From a virus (taxonomy: Duplodnaviria; Heunggongvirae; Uroviricota; Caudoviricetes): a stretch of DNA of 28,943 nucleotides. The notes under the pieces were generated by a model. It was not told where the DNA came from. It saw only the letters and a program-made list of their open reading frames with translations, and searched no databases. This document shows, piece by piece, positions 25,520 to 28,943 of the stretch (its first letter is position 1; each line of letters starts with the position of its first letter). The stretch is taken from positions 1 to 28,943 of the IMG/VR virus record IMGVR_UViG_3300043172_000799; one strand, given 5' to 3'. The translations under genes were made by a program, and so were the position numbers.

Positions 25520-25704
25520 ACTTCCTCCCCTGTTATTAAATTATAGTCCTTTTCATTCAGACATTGTGTATTAGGGCAAGACATAGTTTTATTATTATCT
25601 GCAAAAAGAACGTCCCTACAATCAGGACATACAAACCACTCATGATACCGGTGATCTGCATTCCATGCCTTTATTACTTGTTCACGTGTCAATGCTTTAG
25701 CCAT
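25516..25704 (-). CDS. small zinc-ribbon protein
   Basis: CPDC...CPN.QC; AAGGAG RBS. Confidence 0.75.
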   Translation of the reverse strand: MAKALTREQVIKAWNADHRYHEWFVCPDCRDVLFADNNKTMSCPNTQCLNEKDYNLITGEEV

Positions 25705-25718
25705 TTTATCTCCTTATT

Positions 25719-25901
25719 CTAAGTAGTTTCTTCATACTCTTTATTGAGTACCTTTCTTTCACTTCTAAGAGACTCCATAGTTTCATGTACACTTACTAAG
25801 TCACATGAAGTACTAAGCCTCTTATTATTCAAACTTCTAAGCTCATCACAAATCTCTTCCAGTCTACCTTCTATCTCATAAGCTCTATCTGATAATAACA
25901 T
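25719..25901 (-). CDS. small coiled-coil hypothetical protein
   Basis: 60 aa; TAATG overlap. Confidence 0.7.
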   Translation of the reverse strand: MLLSDRAYEIEGRLEEICDELRSLNNKRLSTSCDLVSVHETMESLRSERKVLNKEYEETT

Positions 25902-26077
25902 TACACTTCTCCTATGTTCTCTCTAAAGAATCTTGCAGAAGCACTAATGCCATAACCATATTGTTTCCCAATATACTTAATGGTTTTAGCCTTAGAATTT
26001 GTTGCATAATATTCTTCTACATTCTTTTTCATTTTAGTAAGTCTTTCCCTATACTGTCTTGCTCCTGTTAAATTCAT
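25901..26077 (-). CDS. hypothetical protein
   Basis: Start placed at ATG 26077 after GGAGG; the longer track start overlaps the promoter. Confidence 0.7.
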   Translation of the reverse strand: MNLTGARQYRERLTKMKKNVEEYYATNSKAKTIKYIGKQYGYGISASARFFRENIGEV

Positions 26078-26097
26078 TGTTTCCTCCGTATAATCTA

Positions 26098-26126
26098 AAT
26101 GTATCACATGATGGGAGGGTTGTCAA
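26098..26126 (-). promoter_or_regulatory. sigma70 promoter (leftward member of a divergent pair)
   Basis: TTGACA-accctcccatcatgtga-TACATT. Confidence 0.75.
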
Positions 26127-26257
26127 GAGGAAAATGAAAAGATTTCAAAGGAGGGGTGGCCTATACTATGGGTGAGTATAAGAAAAGGACCACCCCCTTC
26201 ATTTTAATTCCCAAGAAATTCAAGAAAGGCTTCCCTAATTATTTTAATTTTACCTAC

Positions 26258-26286
26258 TTGACAATAAACGACTTCCGTGTTATAAT
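26258..26286 (+). promoter_or_regulatory. consensus sigma70 promoter (rightward)
   Basis: TTGACA-17 nt-TATAAT with extended -10 TG. Confidence 0.9.
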
Positions 26287-26312
26287 GTCTTAAGAACAGA
26301 ATTAAAAAGGAA

Positions 26313-26759
26313 TTGAAAATGATCGACAAAACTTACGAGCTGATACATCTATACCTAGAAGACGAGATTAGGATTTCATTACATGAGCTTGCACAGGTGT
26401 TTGAAACAACAGTTAAGAAACTGACAGAAGTATGCCATGAACTATCTATAGGTATGATCACAGTAGATAACTATGTTTATGTGAACAAGGTTACTACAGA
26501 GTATGACAATGCATTCTCTCTATTGGAGCTTTATGTAAATGATAGTGGTATTGAGGATAAAGTATTATCATATATTAAAGAGAATCAGCCAACTACAAAA
26601 TATACTATAGCACAAGAACTAGGTTATTCAAGAGAAGTTATATGGAGGATTTTGGATTCAATTACATTTAAAGATGTTAAGTTATGGGAACATCCTGTTG
26701 GAAAAGTTGATATGTTATTTTATGGGGAGGAACTGGCTGAGGAATATGATACAGTTTAA
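26313..26759 (+). CDS. putative tandem HTH / winged-helix DNA-binding protein
   Basis: ISLHELAQVFETTV and KVLSYIKENQPTTKYTIAQELGYSREVIWRIL. Confidence 0.7.
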   Translation: MKMIDKTYELIHLYLEDEIRISLHELAQVFETTVKKLTEVCHELSIGMITVDNYVYVNKVTTEYDNAFSLLELYVNDSGIEDKVLSYIKENQPTTKYTIAQELGYSREVIWRILDSITFKDVKLWEHPVGKVDMLFYGEELAEEYDTV

Positions 26760-26813
26760 TACAATCACTGAAGGAAATAAACTGATTGGAGAGCTACGGT
26801 GTACAGTTGTGTG

Positions 26814-26865
26814 CTCCTGAAACTATGTTGGGTGTATCCTGAATTTATACCAATAGTTTCAGGAG
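26814..26865 (+). promoter_or_regulatory. hairpin sequestering the RBS of the HNH gene
   Basis: Perfect 13-bp stem ctcctgaaactat / atagtttcaggag; the 3' arm contains the AGGAG SD 6 nt before ATG 26872. Confidence 0.8.
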
Positions 26866-26871
26866 AATTAC

Positions 26872-27837
26872 ATGAAGAGAATATGTATCCGTTGTAATAT
26901 AGAAAAAGAAGAGAGTGAGTTTTATAGAGAACGTAAAGTCTGCTTAATATGCACTAAGATACAAAGGGACAATCGTAGTAAGAAAAGGGTAGATTATTAC
27001 AATGCCAACAAAGATTTTATTTTGAAAAATCATAAAATAACAAAAAAAGTATGTAGTGGATGTAAGGAGGAAAAATTTCTTTCTGAGTTTTGGCTGGCTA
27101 ATAACACTAAGGACTATACTACAGCTAAATGTGCTGTATGCACTAAAAAGTACTCTTGGTCTTATTCCCAAAATGAACTAAGACCTAATAAAATCAGAGA
27201 CGAAATTTTACAAAAACAAGAAGATGATGGTATTCTCAAGTATTGCCCTAATTGTGAGACTGAAAAGTCTATATGTAAATTTAGAGTGTCAGGTAGAGAA
27301 GGAGGGTACTATGATTTTAGAACCCCTCTTTGCATTGAATGTGGAGATATTACTAAAAAAGAACTAGCACATGAAAAATACATGGAGAATCAACAATACA
27401 ATATTAATAAAAGTAAAGCTTATAATAAAAAGAAGTATCACGAAGATAAGCAATACAAAATACTGTCCAATTTACGCTCCAGATTACACACCGCAGTTAC
27501 TAATGAGGGACACAACAAATATGGCAGTACTATGGGTTTAGTTGGTTGTAGTGGGGAAGATCTGGTGTTTCATTTAGAAAACCAGTTCACGGAAAGAATG
27601 TCTTGGGATAACCATACTACCAATGGTTGGCATATAGACCATATAATCCCTTGTAATTACTTTGACTTATCCAAAGAAGAGAACCAGAGAATCTGTTTTC
27701 ATTATTTGAATTTACAACCTCTTTGGTGGAATGATAATCTTTCAAAAAAGAAGAACCATATTCCAGATAATATAGAAGAGATTGTACTTAGTATTAAAGA
27801 AGAATTGGGATGGGAAGTCTCTACTACAGTACAGTAG
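26872..27837 (+). CDS. HNH-type homing endonuclease with three zinc-finger repeats
   Basis: Three CxxC...EK....F...CxxC repeats; WHIDHIIPC.YFDL...QR.CFHYLNLQPLW..DNLSK. Confidence 0.87.
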   Translation: MKRICIRCNIEKEESEFYRERKVCLICTKIQRDNRSKKRVDYYNANKDFILKNHKITKKVCSGCKEEKFLSEFWLANNTKDYTTAKCAVCTKKYSWSYSQNELRPNKIRDEILQKQEDDGILKYCPNCETEKSICKFRVSGREGGYYDFRTPLCIECGDITKKELAHEKYMENQQYNINKSKAYNKKKYHEDKQYKILSNLRSRLHTAVTNEGHNKYGSTMGLVGCSGEDLVFHLENQFTERMSWDNHTTNGWHIDHIIPCNYFDLSKEENQRICFHYLNLQPLWWNDNLSKKKNHIPDNIEEIVLSIKEELGWEVSTTVQ

Positions 27838-28152
27838 ATTTTATATAATAATCTTTTTTCATTTCTAATTTTCCACTCTAATTTACAGCTTTTGCCTCCA
27901 AAACTATTTAAGAAGTGATACGTGGAGAGAATAGGCGTTGGGAGGCTGAAATGTACGATTTTGGACCCCCCAAACTATATGAGCCGGACTATTTTCAGCC
28001 AGCTTTTTCTTAGTTCAGCCTACCTAAATTTATTAGTCTATCCTAACTTAGCCTAGCCTAAGTCTGAATTTTATTTTAAGCATGTCCCCTTCACCCCCTA
28101 CAATTAATATAGTTAACATTTCCCTTTTCAGGATTTAATTTCCTTATACTGT

Positions 28153-28182
28153 ATATTATCACGATTAAAATAATACTGTCAA
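28153..28182 (-). promoter_or_regulatory. sigma70 promoter
   Basis: TTGACA-18 nt-TAATAT with extended -10 TG. Confidence 0.6.
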
Positions 28183-28208
28183 TAGTTTTTTATTTTATTT
28201 GTAGAAAT

Positions 28209-28234
28209 AAAAAAGGAAGCACAACTGTACTTCC
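28209..28234 (-). terminator. intrinsic terminator
   Basis: GGAAGTAC-AGTT-GTGCTTCC followed by TTTTTT, downstream of the 28244 stop. Confidence 0.75.
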
Positions 28235-28243
28235 CTGGTAAGA

Positions 28244-28490
28244 TCAAAAATAATTCCAATAGAAATTATTAACCGCTATATTCAAATTGAATAATCTAAA
28301 AAAGTTAAATATCCTTTTTCCGGTATTGTACTTTTTTAAAGCTTCTTTCTTACTGCTATACTCATGTTTTTTCATATAGATATCAATAGATACATTTTGA
28401 AATTCTATATATGCAGCATGTAAAGCGAGCATATTCTCTATGCTATTTTTAATATAAAAACCGTAGTAATACTTTAATGATTTTTTTCAT
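28244..28490 (-). pseudogene. small gene frameshifted in an A7 run
   Basis: AAGGAG RBS and ATG at 28490; removing one A from the A7 run gives MKKSLKYYYGFYIKNSIEN in frame with the 28244-28432 ORF. Confidence 0.55.
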
Positions 28491-28659
28491 AATTCTCCTT
28501 ATACAGAAATCCCCCTATATAATCATAGGGGAATTTTTTATTTCTTCTTTCTTAGTATCAAAATTTCTGCCTGTAGTTTTGTATTAGATTGAAATAACTG
28601 ACTGTTTCCTATTACTGCTCCAATTACATAACCTAGTGTAAAACCTAATAGAGCACCGA

Positions 28660-28842
28660 TTAAATAGTTGATAGATTAACCTCCTGTATATTTCTTTTAA
28701 AGTTACTTTCTTTTTTATATCCTTTTTTAACTATTTTTTCTACTCTGTTGAATTTTGTTAAATTTCGTTTCTTTTCAAAACTTGTCATTTTTTCAGCTTC
28801 ATTAATTGTAATTGTCATTTTCTGTACTTCCTTATAGAACAT
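28660..28842 (-). CDS. small basic hypothetical protein
   Basis: 60-aa ORF; the true start is probably the internal ATG (MTITINE) after AAGGA. Confidence 0.55.
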   Translation of the reverse strand: MFYKEVQKMTITINEAEKMTSFEKKRNLTKFNRVEKIVKKGYKKESNFKRNIQEVNLSTI

Positions 28843-28943
28843 ATTTTAAGCAATTAATTGCTTATCAATCCATACTAACAATTATTAATATGGATCAATC
28901 AACAATTAATTTTTAGGCACTATACAAAAAATTGTTTTTCATT

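Noticed and set aside
7043-25574. Numerous plus-strand ORFs antisense to minus-strand genes, and the minus-strand ORFs at 18091-18432, 21456-21677 and 23214-23474
   Set aside because: Shadow frames of real genes, rich in Ser/Ile/Phe/Leu and lacking an RBS.
1-28943. CRISPR array or integron attC array
   Set aside because: No regularly spaced repeat-spacer units and no attC-like palindromes between the small genes were seen.

Overview
AT-rich fragment of a large bacteriophage (or prophage) genome. It carries about 60 short, tightly packed genes, almost all on the minus strand, driven by at least eight near-consensus sigma70 promoters with extended -10 elements. Recognisable products are a tyrosine recombinase, RNase H, an M23 peptidase, a zinc-finger/Toprim primase, three HNH-type endonucleases plus a nuclease-less paralog, a Lar-like protein, a SLOG-NADAR fusion, a P22 gp17-like protein, a phosphoribosyltransferase, a ParB-like protein and winged-helix proteins. 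The standout feature is a roughly 700-nt ORF-free, GC-richer block at 483-1152 (minus strand) holding two RNA genes in tandem. The first is a ~540-nt end-closed, multi-helix, probably pseudoknotted large RNA. Five nt downstream is a 126-nt miniature tmRNA that keeps the alanyl tRNA-like domain, has no room for the usual pseudoknot ring, and appears to encode a tag (A)ALAPKVPVD* with an acidic C-terminus instead of the usual LAA degron. All calls were made by eye from motifs and base pairing; no database searches or folding programs were run.
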